NCBI GenBank assembly: GCA_020348265.1
Contig: CP070744.1
Span: 5,370,772-5,434,771 of the forward strand
Direction: 5' to 3'
From: Phycisphaerales bacterium
GTDB lineage: Bacteria; Planctomycetota; Phycisphaerae; UBA1845
Length of the DNA: 64,000 nucleotides
A program made the translations under genes and the position numbers. The notes beneath the pieces are model-generated. The model ran no database searches, was not told where the DNA came from, and was given only the letters and a program-made list of their open reading frames with translations. Below, piece after piece: positions 8,582-18,881 of the stretch (its first letter is position 1; each line of letters opens with the position of its first letter).

Positions 8582-9229
8582 ATGAAAAACAACACATGGC
8601 GATTGTTGGCCTTAACGGTAGCACTATTCATCGGCGGCACGGCCGCTGCGGACATGGTCGTGTTTGAACTCGATACCGAGTTCAGCGGGGCTTACCCTCC
8701 GGAGGGCACCGGTCCCTGGCTGCGGGCGACCTTCGATGATGGCGGTAGTGACCTGACTTTGACGCTTGAGAGCTTGCTGACCGGTGACGGTGAGCACGTG
8801 AAGATCTGGGACTTTAACCTGGATCCGCTCTTGGACCCCACGCTGCTCGATTTCACCTACGCGGGCTCGTCAACGGGCCCCGCAGCGAGCATAAGTACGG
8901 GCGTTAACGCATTCAAGGCGGACGGCGACGGCCTGTACGACATCCAGTTCGACTGGGGCGATCCCAGTGAGTTCACCGCGGGCGAAGTAGTCGAATACAC
9001 GATCGACTCGCCAGAGACGCTGACGGCATCTTCGTTCAGTTTCCTCAGCGCACCGGCTGGCGGGCACGGCCCATTCCTGACCGCCGCTCATGTGGGCGGG
9101 GTCGGCGATGAGGACCAGTACAGCGGGTGGATCACCGGCGAGCAAGTTATCGTGCCGGTTCCCGGAGCAGCCCTATTGGGGATGGTGGGAATCGGACTGG
9201 TCGGTGCATTCCGCAAGCGCTTTGTCTGA
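8582..9229 (+). CDS. PEP-CTERM-anchored secreted protein
   Basis: N-terminal signal peptide (LLALTVALFIGGTAAA). The C-terminal VPVPGAALLGMVGIGLVGAFRKRFV is a PEP-like motif followed by a TM helix and a basic tail. Confidence 0.8.
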   Translation: MKNNTWRLLALTVALFIGGTAAADMVVFELDTEFSGAYPPEGTGPWLRATFDDGGSDLTLTLESLLTGDGEHVKIWDFNLDPLLDPTLLDFTYAGSSTGPAASISTGVNAFKADGDGLYDIQFDWGDPSEFTAGEVVEYTIDSPETLTASSFSFLSAPAGGHGPFLTAAHVGGVGDEDQYSGWITGEQVIVPVPGAALLGMVGIGLVGAFRKRFV

Positions 9230-9400
9230 AACGCAACATTCGTTGATGCCGGGTAATACTACTACGCCGCACGCTCGTAAGGGTTGATTCCTGCGCGCCC
9301 GTGCGGGGCGCTACGTTCTTTGTCTCAGATAGATGCCGCTTCCCCGTGTTCTGCGTTGACAGGTCCAAGCCCGAGATAGTCGACCGGTGGGAAAGCCAAC

Positions 9401-9823
9401 CTATTCGCCAATCACCTGGACGATTACGTGGCGAGTGCGTCCTCGCGTGTCGAAGTCAAGCAGGACGATCTGTTGCCACGTGCCCAGGGGCATTCGTCCA
9501 TCGATTACGGGTATGGTCAGGCTTGCTCCCAAGAGCGATGCCCGGACGTGAGAGTGCCCGTTATCGTCGTGCCAGGTCTCCTCATGCAGGTAGCGCCCGT
9601 CTTCCGGAGCAAGCCTCTCGAACAGGGTTTTCAGGTCGTTATTGACCAGCCCGGGTTCGAACTCGGTCGTGGTGATGCCCGCGGTGGAGCCAACCACGAA
9701 CACCGCGGCCGTCCCGTTTGTTATGCTGCCGGAAGAAATGCAGCTGCTAACCTGGTCGGTGATGTTGAGAACTTGGTTGTTTCCGTGGGTAGAGATCTGG
9801 AATTCGTGCGGTTCTACAGGCAT
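9401..9823 (-). CDS. yjbQ: YjbQ/UPF0047 family (secondary thiamine-phosphate synthase) protein
   Basis: The C-terminal 140 aa of the track ORF match the YjbQ pattern (ITDQV...GITTTEFEPG...DLKTLFERLAP...HDDNGHSHVRASLLG). The start is moved to the internal ATG at 9823 (MPVEPHEF), because the upstream extension has no family match. Confidence 0.8.
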   Translation of the reverse strand: MPVEPHEFQISTHGNNQVLNITDQVSSCISSGSITNGTAAVFVVGSTAGITTTEFEPGLVNNDLKTLFERLAPEDGRYLHEETWHDDNGHSHVRASLLGASLTIPVIDGRMPLGTWQQIVLLDFDTRGRTRHVIVQVIGE

Positions 9824-10073
9824 GACGGCGATTCTAACGCTTGAGCAGCGGCGATCAACCTTGTGCCGTCCAGGCTCGACCCCGTGACACAATCGACAGG
9901 GCATGAATCCTACACTGGAATCGTTGATATGGACCGGAGCCACGTATGGTACGACGGTGCTCATCCGCTTCCGCATCCCGATGTACCTCGGGACGGCCCG
10001 GATAGGGCGAATGGAAGCACAGCTCAGAGAGGCTCCAGTTGCATTTGGCCACGTCCCGTAGCATAGTATTGTC

Positions 10074-11237
10074 ATGTCTGCTCTCGACTACAGAACCGCC
10101 GGTGAATCCCACGGCCGAGCGCTGGTGGCCCTTATTGAAGGGATACCCGCAGGGATTTGCCTTGATTTCGATCTGATCAATGCAGAGCTCCGGCGACGGC
10201 AAGGCGGGTACGGGCGCAGCGGGCGGATGCGAATAGAAGCGGATTGTGCCGACGTGCTTTCCGGCCTGCGTGGCGGGGTTACCATCGGCTCCCCTGTTGC
10301 GATTCAAATCGAGAATCGCGACTACCGCATCGACGAAGCCCCTCCCGTGCGTCGTCCGCGACCCGGCCATGCGGACCTGGCAGGTAGCCTGAAGCATCTT
10401 GATACGGACTGCCGGAACACCCTAGAGCGAGCCTCGGCGCGAGAGACGGCGGCGAGGGTCGCTGCGGGCGGCGTTGCCCGGTGTCTGCTTGGGGAATTCA
10501 ACATCGATGTGATCGGGTACGTCGTGCAGATTCGAGACGTAGTCGCTAAGGTTGCTGCCGACACCCCGCCGGCCAAGTTACGCACTCTGCGCGATGCGAA
10601 CGAGGTCTACTGCCCGGATGAAGCAGCGGCCCAGAAGATGCTTGACGCCATAAAGCGAACTAAAGGTGACAAAGACACGGCAGGTGGCGTAGTCGAGGTG
10701 CAGGTCCACGGTCATCCTCCGGGGTTGGGGAGCTGTGCGCGGTGGCAGGATAGACTCGACGGTAGACTGATGCAGGCAGTGGGTTCGATTCAGGCGTTCA
10801 AAGGCGTCGAGATCGGCATGGGGTTTGCGGCAGCGGGTAGGCTGGGAAGCGAAGTGCACGATGAGATTGCCTATAACCCTGACTCGCGCGACTCACACAA
10901 TCTCGGCTTCGTCCGTCGATCCAACAATGCCGGCGGCCTGGAGGGGGGGATGACCAACGGTGAGCCCATAGTAGTGCGCGGGGCCGTGAAGCCGATAAGC
11001 ACACTTGGCAAGGGGCTGGGCAGCGTGGACCTTGAGACCAAACGTCCCGAACGCTGCGATTACGAGCGGAGCGATATTTGCGCCGTGCCGGCAGCCAGCG
11101 TAGTCGCTGAGAACGTGGTGGCGTTTGAGGTCGCCCGGGCCTTTGTCGTCAAGTTTGCCGGTGATACGCTCCAAGAAACCCGAGCTGCTTACGACTACTA
11201 TCTGAACACGGCGCGCTTGCTGGGCGAGTCTGTCTGA
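10074..11237 (+). CDS. aroC: Chorismate synthase
   Basis: 387 aa with YRTAGESHGRALVALIEGIPAG, RPGHADL and the overall AroC pattern. Confidence 0.95.
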   Translation: MSALDYRTAGESHGRALVALIEGIPAGICLDFDLINAELRRRQGGYGRSGRMRIEADCADVLSGLRGGVTIGSPVAIQIENRDYRIDEAPPVRRPRPGHADLAGSLKHLDTDCRNTLERASARETAARVAAGGVARCLLGEFNIDVIGYVVQIRDVVAKVAADTPPAKLRTLRDANEVYCPDEAAAQKMLDAIKRTKGDKDTAGGVVEVQVHGHPPGLGSCARWQDRLDGRLMQAVGSIQAFKGVEIGMGFAAAGRLGSEVHDEIAYNPDSRDSHNLGFVRRSNNAGGLEGGMTNGEPIVVRGAVKPISTLGKGLGSVDLETKRPERCDYERSDICAVPAASVVAENVVAFEVARAFVVKFAGDTLQETRAAYDYYLNTARLLGESV

Positions 11238-11288
11238 CAGGTTCGAGCGGAGGCGCCGCTTGCGGAGAATACGACTAATAGACAAAAG

Positions 11289-11372
11289 GCGGCTGTGGCG
11301 GAATTGGCAGACGCGCTAGACTTAGGATCTAGTTGGGGAGACCCAGTGGAGGTTCGAGTCCTCTCAGCCGCA
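11289..11372 (+). tRNA. tRNA-Leu (anticodon UAG), long variable arm, CCA not encoded
   Basis: Acceptor stem GCGGCTG/CAGCCGC plus discriminator A. Anticodon stem CTAGA/TCTAG with loop CTTAGGA. TPsiC arm GGTTCGAGTCC. Confidence 0.9.
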
Positions 11373-11636
11373 TTACATGTAGTCGCGACCGGTCCTGCAG
11401 AGTAGCCGGTTCCTGCGGCGTTATCCACACATTCGCATACGATTTGCTTCCAGCCTCTTCGTACATTGCGCCGTGGTGCGGTGTGCGGCACAACGGAGTG
11501 CCACTGATCTGTCATCAAAATACCGGCAGAATGTCGATCAAGGTTGGCCGGCGATACAGTAACGGAACATCTGGCATAACGGGGGCGAGCGACGGTATAG
11601 CTCATTGCGAAAAGACTGCGGGATTCGTGTACCGGG

Positions 11637-13049
11637 TTATTCCTTCTCGAAGACGATCTTCCGTCCACCTTCGCCACCCAGGTGGAGGACCATCTTCACC
11701 ACCTCTTCTGATTGGCCGAATTCGAAGGTGAATATGCTCTGTTTGCCTTCTATGAAGAACGTTGATCTCGATTCCGGTAGAAGTTCGAACGTACCACTAG
11801 GGCCGGAGTCGAAAAGGAGTCGGCCGTTATCGCGAACGATGGTGCGAAGGTGTTGTGTTCCTCTCGAATCACTCCTCTTATACGATCCCGTGTACCTGTC
11901 CAGCTCTTGCGGAGCAAGTCTTATCGCCTTACGTTCCATCTTCTCTGCAGAACCGCTAAGGGCCATATGCATCACACGCTCCGCCACAACGCGCGTAGGC
12001 GGATTCGCACGGCGGTCGATCCGATTGCTTAGCAGTGCGATGTAGAGCTGCTTTGCGGGAATGTAAATCGTGTGGACTATGAATCCGAAGATACCGCCCC
12101 CGTGATAGACTGCCTTGTGTTCTCCAAACTCTGCGCTGAACCAGCCGGGACAGCGCTCTGCAGGTTTTCCGTTGTTCAGCACAAACGGCGTGAATAACTC
12201 CTCCAAACCGCTCTTGCTGATCAGCGTCTCGCTGCGGAGTGCCTCGGACCACTTGGCGAGGTCCTCGACGTTTGTCATGACGGCACCGGCGGCGTAGAGA
12301 TGTGTATAACTCATGAACGGCGCATTCACATATTCACCGTCCTCTTTGTGATATCCACTCACCCGCCGGGGGATGAGTTTGCGGTTATCGGCAAAACAGG
12401 TGTTGACCATCCCCAGGCGGTCGAAGATGTTCTCCAGCACAAACTGTTCGTATGTTTGCCCGCTGGTCTTCTCGATTATGCGCCCCAGGAGGTAGTATCC
12501 GGAATTACAGTACTCGGATTTCTCCCCGGGTGAGAACTCCAAGGGATGATCTTTGAAGACTCCGAGCAACTCGTCGACAGTTATATCCTCACGGATTCGT
12601 TCCCAGTACGTCTCTATGCTGTGCAGTCTCTTGAGACCGGAGGTATGGGTCAGAAGGTGGCGAATCGTGATTTTTTGGTCGTGCGTCGGAAACCGCGGCA
12701 GGTGTTTGGTGATGTCGTCATCCAACGAGAGTTTGCCGTTTTCTGCCAACATCATGACAGCCATGGCCGTAAAGGGTTTGGTTGCGGAACCGATGGCGAA
12801 TACCATATCCGCGGCGAGGGGGACTCCCATTTCCAGATTCGCCATGCCAAACGCTCGCCGATAGACGACCTGTCCCTCCCGGACAACGATTACGGCCGCC
12901 CCCGGATCTGCGGGTTTGTATATCCGACCGAGGAACTCATCGATGTGCCCTTCAAGATCGACCTCGGGTGGCTGACCGCAGGCGCAGTATGCGGCAGTTG
13001 TCAACAGTATGAGAGCAACAGCAAACGGTAGAGCATCGGGATGCTTCAT
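11637..13049 (-). CDS. Secreted serine hydrolase, beta-lactamase/PBP4*-like family
   Basis: Signal peptide, SxxK motif (GSATKPF) and YxN motif (YCNSGY). 470 aa. Confidence 0.85.
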   Translation of the reverse strand: MKHPDALPFAVALILLTTAAYCACGQPPEVDLEGHIDEFLGRIYKPADPGAAVIVVREGQVVYRRAFGMANLEMGVPLAADMVFAIGSATKPFTAMAVMMLAENGKLSLDDDITKHLPRFPTHDQKITIRHLLTHTSGLKRLHSIETYWERIREDITVDELLGVFKDHPLEFSPGEKSEYCNSGYYLLGRIIEKTSGQTYEQFVLENIFDRLGMVNTCFADNRKLIPRRVSGYHKEDGEYVNAPFMSYTHLYAAGAVMTNVEDLAKWSEALRSETLISKSGLEELFTPFVLNNGKPAERCPGWFSAEFGEHKAVYHGGGIFGFIVHTIYIPAKQLYIALLSNRIDRRANPPTRVVAERVMHMALSGSAEKMERKAIRLAPQELDRYTGSYKRSDSRGTQHLRTIVRDNGRLLFDSGPSGTFELLPESRSTFFIEGKQSIFTFEFGQSEEVVKMVLHLGGEGGRKIVFEKE

Positions 13050-13314
13050 CGGTTTAGTTACCTTTCAACAGGCGTAGCTTTTGGCAACCGGGAAACCTGG
13101 TCAACGTCGCAGTACATATTCGTCGTCGGCACGTGGATATTTCTCGCAGGTGGCGGGCACGCCTCGGGGGACGTGGCCGCGTCGACGGTGACCGTCTTGA
13201 CTACACTCCACAACCGGTAATGGGCCCCTCTCATCGTCTCCTTGCCCTGATTGGTGACAGGTCTCCCCGGTTCATTCAGAGTAGTCAGAACCCTAGCCCG
13301 GATCACAAGTCTAG

Positions 13315-13348
13315 CAAACAAAAAACGCCGCCCACTTGGGGCGGCGTC
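13315..13348 (-). terminator. Rho-independent terminator downstream of the hsp20 pair
   Basis: On the minus strand, a 9-bp GC stem ACGCCGCCC/GGGCGGCGT with a 5-nt loop is followed by TTTTTGTTTG. Confidence 0.6.
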
Positions 13349-13461
13349 TCGGAGGTCATCTTTGTAGATGAAAAGGAAAAGAGTGTTAGTTCTTGTTCTT
13401 ACGCCAACTTAACCGGAATACGTTTGGGCACGGCGCTTTGCCGCTTATTGAGCCCGCAAGA

Positions 13462-13866
13462 TCAACCGGTTTTCACGTCGATCTTCCGCGGCCTGGCCGC
13501 CTCGGCCTTGGGCAGGTGCAGGGTCAGCACGCCATCCGCGCACTCCGCGCTGATCTTCGCTGAATCGATCTTCTCGCTCACCTGAAACGTACGGTAGAAA
13601 TCTCCCACGCCGTACTCGTTGAGTGCGTAATTCACATTTTCCGGGGTCCGCTTGTTGACTTTGCCGTGGATGGTCAACGTTCCGTTTTCAAAGCTGATTC
13701 CGACGTCATCAGCCTTGACGCCCGGAACATCCGCGTGTACGGTCAACTCCTCGGTGCTCTCAATGATGTCAACGTTGGGACGATAGTAACGCTCGCTCTG
13801 CGTCCGCTCTGCACGGACGACTTCGGTGTTTGCCGGTTTATCGATTGCACATGTGGTCATTTTCAT
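13462..13866 (-). CDS. Small heat-shock protein (Hsp20/alpha-crystallin)
   Basis: 134 aa with an alpha-crystallin domain (YRPNVDIIES...LTIHG...ADGVLTLHLPKAE). Confidence 0.9.
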   Translation of the reverse strand: MKMTTCAIDKPANTEVVRAERTQSERYYRPNVDIIESTEELTVHADVPGVKADDVGISFENGTLTIHGKVNKRTPENVNYALNEYGVGDFYRTFQVSEKIDSAKISAECADGVLTLHLPKAEAARPRKIDVKTG

Positions 13867-13919
13867 TGCCTCCTCTCGAAGGATTGTTGTTTATTCCTGT
13901 GTCGCGCTGGTGACGCTTT

Positions 13920-14363
13920 CTATCCAGCGGTAACCTCGATCTTACGCGGCAGTACAGCCTGGGCCTTGGCGAGCTTGATGGTCAGCACGCCGTTGCTCAG
14001 AGTTGCTTCGACCTTCTCCGGATCAACCTCTGCGGGCAAATGCAGCACACGCGAGAAAGATCCTACGCCACGCTCCCGACGGTGATACGTCACGTCCTCA
14101 CAGCCGCAGGCCTTGCGCTCTCCCTTGATGGTCAGTTCGTCGTCGACCACCGAGATCTCCAGGTCTTCCAACTTGATCCCGGGCACCTCAGCTTCAGCTA
14201 TGTATGCCTCGCCGTCCTCCCAGACGTTCAGGTTGGGGTATCCCCGCCCGGCGCACTCGCACCCATTCGCCTGCTGGCCGAAGAAGTTGCTCCACAAACG
14301 ATCCATCTCATTGCGAAAGCGAAGTCCCGCAAACGGTTCATTGACTCGGCGAATCATCATCAT
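13920..14363 (-). CDS. Small heat-shock protein (Hsp20/alpha-crystallin)
   Basis: Alpha-crystallin domain (PNLNVWEDGEAYIAEAEVPG...LSNGVLTIKLAKA). The start is set at the ATG triplet run at 14363 (MMMIRR), which is preceded by GAGAGGAGA. The track ORF extends to 14510. Confidence 0.85.
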   Translation of the reverse strand: MMMIRRVNEPFAGLRFRNEMDRLWSNFFGQQANGCECAGRGYPNLNVWEDGEAYIAEAEVPGIKLEDLEISVVDDELTIKGERKACGCEDVTYHRRERGVGSFSRVLHLPAEVDPEKVEATLSNGVLTIKLAKAQAVLPRKIEVTAG

Positions 14364-14959
14364 CGTTTCATCTCCTCTCTCATCACGGGCTTGTGCCCTG
14401 CTAGTGTCATTTCTTAGGTGGCTTCCCTGAATCGACCCGCGAGCTAAACCCCCGCATGGTCTTGCGGTTGCTTTGTCGCCCATAGCCTTCGTTTGGCTTT
14501 GGGCCGCCACCGACTCACACCCAAGGAAAGTGCAGTCGGCGTACCACTAACTTGACCGACCCGAGAAAACCGCTAAATCCTTTAGTAACAACAACTTACG
14601 TCACGCACGTTATCGGAACACGCTTGCCTCCAATGTCACTTTGACAGCCCGCAAATGGCAGTTGGCAGCCTTGTGAACCCTGCCAAGATGCTGCTTATGA
14701 ACGCTGCGTCAGTGTCTGAAGATGCACTTCCACTTGTGGCAGAATGGTTGTTTGCGGGAGTGAAGATCGTGGGAACGCCTTCGCTCTGAAATGAATCGTG
14801 CTGCGCAGGATCCAAGTCGTGTAGACCCCAGTCCGCGCTGGATACACAGGGCGCAACTCGGCGTGCCGCTGCCGGATCGCGCTTGGCGATACGGACGTAC
14901 GCTATCTCGACCAGCGCAGCACGGCGGCGTGGTATGGCTTAGTTACGACGGCCCGGCGG

Positions 14960-16876
14960 CTAACCCTTCTTCATGATGCGCTGGAGCATATCAACCGTCT
15001 TTTTGGGATTCAGCAGGAGGAACGAGTTCTCGCCCGCTTCCTTCTTGTCGGAACCGCTCTTGATCAACTCGATGACCTTTGTCGGCGTTAGAGTCGGGTC
15101 CATCGCGATCAACTTCGCCGCCAGGTTGGCCACATTGGGCGAAGCCATCGACGTCCCGGACATCTTTATCCTCTCGCCGCCGGGGACGTAGCTCTCCACT
15201 TCAAACCCGTTGCCGTACACCTGCACGGTTCTGCCGAAGCTGGTGAAGTCGGTTGGTTCACCCGCTTGGTCGACGGCGCCGACGACCAGTAGATTGGGTA
15301 GCTCAAACGATGAGGCGATGTACTCATCGAACTCGACATCGTTGTCGGCGTTCCCCGCAGCACAGACAAAGAGTATATCGGGTGCATTATTAATGGCCTG
15401 GTATAACCCATCTTTCTGTAAAGCGAAGACCTTGCGGGCCAGTTCGCGACGCTCCTCCGCAGACTCGCCGATCCCGTTGGCTTCATACGAATCCTCAGCA
15501 TGCTGCTGGGCCTCTCCCCAGCTCATGTTGACTACGCGCACGCCGTTTTTCTTGAAGTAATCGACGGTATCCCGGCACTTGGCCGCATCGCGCTTGCCCC
15601 ATTCGATAGTCCGTGCGACGGGGATGACATGGTGGTCGTAACTGTGTCGGCCAATCAGCAGGCGGATGGCCGGATTACCCTCTGCCATGATCCCGGCAAC
15701 GTGCGTGCCATGCGCATAGCCGCCAGCCAGGCTCAGGTCTTCAATGAATCCTTTGACATCCGCAGGGGCTAGACTGGACATATGCTGCTTAAGAGCGGTC
15801 GCTTCCGGGCTGTCGATGGCAGCTTGGAGGTCTGATAGCCCTTTTGTGTGCTTCATTACAGCAGGCATGCGGGCAGCGGCTTCTCCCAAGGGCTTAAGTA
15901 CACCGGTAGTCCGCCTGGCATGATAATCGTAGGCAATTCCGTGGACATCATCGACGTAGCCGTTCCCATCATCGTCCTTGCCGTTGAACGTCTCGTTGGG
16001 GTTTACGAAGAGGCGGTCTTTGAATAGAGCAATGTCCGTGCCTGAATCCCACACGCCCGCGAGTACGGGAGTCAGAGCTTGGTCGCTGGAAAGTGTTACG
16101 GCCCGTTCCGACCAGATGTCACGCTTTGTCACTCTGTTGTCGTCGATCAACTTCTGATAGACGGCAATGATCTCGTCTTTGAGGGGGAGGCGTTCGTTGA
16201 TGGTGAAGTACATCCCCAGGACACCGGAGGCTTGTCCGCCGCTAAGCTCACCAGTTTGGTCGACCCTGGGCTGAAGCTGGGCCTCGATCATCCCCATGAG
16301 CAGTCCCTCGCTGAAAATCTCCAGCCGGCCCTTAGTCTCCTGAATGACGTCCTGCACAACGTCCCAGGGGAGCTTGCCGGCCCGCTCAGCCAATTGCCGG
16401 GCAAACGCCTTCTTATACGCCGCATAGTCGGCGTTGGGGCCGACGTCGCGGCGGGCGGCGAACATGGTGTAGGTCATCAAACCCGTGGTGAGCTTTCCGG
16501 CCTTCTTGTCCTCCAGCTCGCGGATCTTTTCAACAAGCGCAACAGCCGCCTTCTCGTTATCTTCGATCAGTTCGATGGTAAGCAACTTGCCGTACATGTT
16601 CTTCAAGGTAGTCGCATCGTTGATCTCATATGTAGCCAAGTCACTTTCGACATCTGCCCGGACCTTCTTGGCGAGTTCGGCCATCTTGGCTTTTGATTTG
16701 ATCAGTTCGCTGATCTTGATTGAGATGGGATATGTGTGCTGGGGCAGATCATCGAGCTTGGTGATCTTGATCTTCTCAGCCGGTTGGGGGTCTGCTGCAT
16801 ACGCACCGGTGATCGCCGGTCCGATGACGAAACAGGCCGTCACTACGATCCACAGTGTGCGAAATAGTCGGTTCAT
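14960..16876 (-). CDS. Secreted subtilisin-family (S8) serine protease with a long N-terminal domain
   Basis: Catalytic triad context VWDSGTD, HGTHVAGIMA and SGTSMASPNVANLAAKL, plus a signal peptide. ATG 16876 is preferred because GAGGAGG lies 5 nt upstream; the alternative ATG is at 16894. Confidence 0.85.
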   Translation of the reverse strand: MNRLFRTLWIVVTACFVIGPAITGAYAADPQPAEKIKITKLDDLPQHTYPISIKISELIKSKAKMAELAKKVRADVESDLATYEINDATTLKNMYGKLLTIELIEDNEKAAVALVEKIRELEDKKAGKLTTGLMTYTMFAARRDVGPNADYAAYKKAFARQLAERAGKLPWDVVQDVIQETKGRLEIFSEGLLMGMIEAQLQPRVDQTGELSGGQASGVLGMYFTINERLPLKDEIIAVYQKLIDDNRVTKRDIWSERAVTLSSDQALTPVLAGVWDSGTDIALFKDRLFVNPNETFNGKDDDGNGYVDDVHGIAYDYHARRTTGVLKPLGEAAARMPAVMKHTKGLSDLQAAIDSPEATALKQHMSSLAPADVKGFIEDLSLAGGYAHGTHVAGIMAEGNPAIRLLIGRHSYDHHVIPVARTIEWGKRDAAKCRDTVDYFKKNGVRVVNMSWGEAQQHAEDSYEANGIGESAEERRELARKVFALQKDGLYQAINNAPDILFVCAAGNADNDVEFDEYIASSFELPNLLVVGAVDQAGEPTDFTSFGRTVQVYGNGFEVESYVPGGERIKMSGTSMASPNVANLAAKLIAMDPTLTPTKVIELIKSGSDKKEAGENSFLLLNPKKTVDMLQRIMKKG

Positions 16877-17082
16877 TCGTTGCCTCCTCTGCACGTTGTC
16901 AGACCTGCTCCAGGCCTGTGTACCTCTGACGTTTGCTCAGGCTGTGCCGGACGAGGCGCCCAAGCATCGTCAACGAGCGGCGCGGTCAGCGCGCGCACAT
17001 TGAATTTTACTATAGTACCTGGGTTATCCCAGATGAACAACGGAGCACGACAATTCGATACGTTTTGGACGTGGATCGACAC

Positions 17083-17808
17083 CTACGGTTTGGTCTGCTC
17101 CAAGACGCGCTTTTCTCTGGCGATGAGCACTTCGAGCAGCTCTTTCGGATCCCGGGCGTCAACAACCAAGGCTATGGTTTCGTTGTCTAGAATCCGCATC
17201 AGGCGTGCCAGGACGCGCAGGTGAAAGCGATCAGTGTGGCAGCAGACGAGGAAGAACAGCCGGGTGAGCCCTCCGTCAGGCGCCCCAAACCCGATTCCGC
17301 TGGGGATGCAGGAGACGCAGACAAACGGCTCAGCCGAGACGTAAGGCATGGGCTGTCTGGGGTGTGGAATCGCGACGCCCTTGGGCAGTGCGGTGGAACA
17401 AAGTGACTCACGCTGTTCGAGGGCATCGAGCAGACCCGCGTCGTCATAAACCAGCCCGGTACGCCCGGCCAACCTGACCAGCTCGCGCAGGACGGAGTTC
17501 TTAGTCTTCGCGGGAAGCGACAAGTCGATGCCTTCCAGCCCGATCATATCTGTCAGCCGTAGGTCGGATCGGCTGGGCTCCTCGGCGGTGGCGACACCCA
17601 TCGCCTTCTCGAGGGCCACAAGACGAGGCTCGTCGAGAGTGTGCATCTCCTGTTGGAGCCATTCCGTCACGCGGGCACGGTTGAAGCGCCACTGCCCGGC
17701 CAGCTTTTGGCCCGGGAGCTTCCCGCGATCGGCCAATCGACGCACGTCGCGCATATCCATGCTGACATGCTTGGCGAATTCTTCCAGGCTCATGCTTCGA
17801 TAAGGCAT
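17083..17808 (-). CDS. Excisionase-type HTH domain fused to a PTS EIIA(Ntr/Fru)-type domain
   Basis: N-terminal MSLEEFAKHVSMDMRDVRRLADRGKLPGQKLAGQWRF (HTH_17-like). The C-terminal EIIA type-2 pattern includes GVAIPHPR. The start is ambiguous (17874, 17808 or 17793). Confidence 0.7.
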   Translation of the reverse strand: MPYRSMSLEEFAKHVSMDMRDVRRLADRGKLPGQKLAGQWRFNRARVTEWLQQEMHTLDEPRLVALEKAMGVATAEEPSRSDLRLTDMIGLEGIDLSLPAKTKNSVLRELVRLAGRTGLVYDDAGLLDALEQRESLCSTALPKGVAIPHPRQPMPYVSAEPFVCVSCIPSGIGFGAPDGGLTRLFFLVCCHTDRFHLRVLARLMRILDNETIALVVDARDPKELLEVLIAREKRVLEQTKP

Positions 17809-18078
17809 AGGGCATATCCAACGTCGCGGACCCACCGATCGACTATCATCGACATCATTATAACAGGATTTCACAACCCGTGCAGCCCTGCGGATTTTCC
17901 GGCGGATGCCCGCCAGCCGGGTGTTTGCCCGGTCCGGTGCCGGGCAAACGCCCGCTTGAACAACGGCTGGCAGGGCTTATAATCGCGGCACGTAGGTTGG
18001 CACGAGTCTTGCATCGCGGTGAATCCGCCTTTGGCGCGGTAGGAGAGGATTCGAAACCGCAGAAAGGAACCGACAACA

Positions 18079-18819
18079 GTGGCTGACGCAGCAGTGGACC
18101 CAAATGCACTGGGTGAGCGGTACCATTTCCTGATTAGGCGGCTTCACTCCCTCTCGGGTATCGTCCCGGTGGGAGTTTTTCTTTGCGTTCATATGTCGGT
18201 GAACGCCTCGGTACTCGCCGGCCCGGCCCGCTTTCAGTTTGCCGTCGACCAGATTCACAAGCTTGCGAATCTGGGCATACTCAAGCCCGTGGAGGTACTC
18301 TTTATCTTCCTTCCCATCGCCTTCCATGCCTACGTCGGCGCGTGGATTTGGCTCACGGGCAAGCCGGAGATCATGAGGTATCCCCACCTCGACAACATCC
18401 GCTATGCGGTTCAGCGGTGGACGGGGATAATCGCGATCGTGTTCATCCTGGCCCACCTTTGGCATGTACACTGGATCATCCCCGGTGGCACGGAGTTCGA
18501 CGCCCACGCCGCTGCCGAAAGTGCCGTAAACGCGATGGCGAGCCTGTGGGTTGGCCCGGTATACGCCCTGGGTGTACTCTGTGCCGTGTTCCACTTTGCC
18601 AACGGTATCTGGACCTTCCTGATTACCTGGGGTGTCACGATCGGACCTGGGTCGCAAAGGCGCAGCGGCTGGGTGTGCGGCATCATAGGTGTCGTGTTGG
18701 CATTGATGGGTCTGGCGGCACTGGCCAAGTTCAAGAGCATGGATGTGTCAGCACTGCAGCATCCGCCGGTCACGGCAACCGGCAAGGTCGAGCCGGGAGC
18801 ACAGACTACTGGGCATTAG
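18079..18819 (+). CDS. sdhC: Succinate dehydrogenase/fumarate reductase cytochrome b subunit (b558-type, single membrane anchor)
   Basis: 246 aa multi-TM protein directly upstream of sdhA/sdhB, with a GTG start. His-containing helices are consistent with a dihaem anchor. Confidence 0.8.
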   Translation: MADAAVDPNALGERYHFLIRRLHSLSGIVPVGVFLCVHMSVNASVLAGPARFQFAVDQIHKLANLGILKPVEVLFIFLPIAFHAYVGAWIWLTGKPEIMRYPHLDNIRYAVQRWTGIIAIVFILAHLWHVHWIIPGGTEFDAHAAAESAVNAMASLWVGPVYALGVLCAVFHFANGIWTFLITWGVTIGPGSQRRSGWVCGIIGVVLALMGLAALAKFKSMDVSALQHPPVTATGKVEPGAQTTGH

Positions 18820-18881
18820 TGGTCCCGGCGTCGTCGCCCCGAGGGGCTTCAAACCGACGACCCTTACCAGGAAACTTCCGA

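Noticed and set aside
9824-10075. Upstream extension of the YjbQ ORF, reaching into the aroC start region.
   Set aside because: YjbQ-family similarity begins at the internal Met (9823). The extension has no family features and would overlap the divergent promoter region.
11289-11636. tRNA-Leu as an integration site for a genomic island.
   Set aside because: I noticed no integrase and no direct repeat of the tRNA 3' end downstream. The adjacent genes look like ordinary chromosomal genes.
18183-18881. N-terminal 233-aa extension of the sdhA ORF in the track (861 aa in total).
   Set aside because: The extension overlaps sdhC in another frame and is Arg/Pro-rich nonsense. The canonical flavoprotein N-terminus MAAKPKIIVVGGGLGG begins at ATG 18882.
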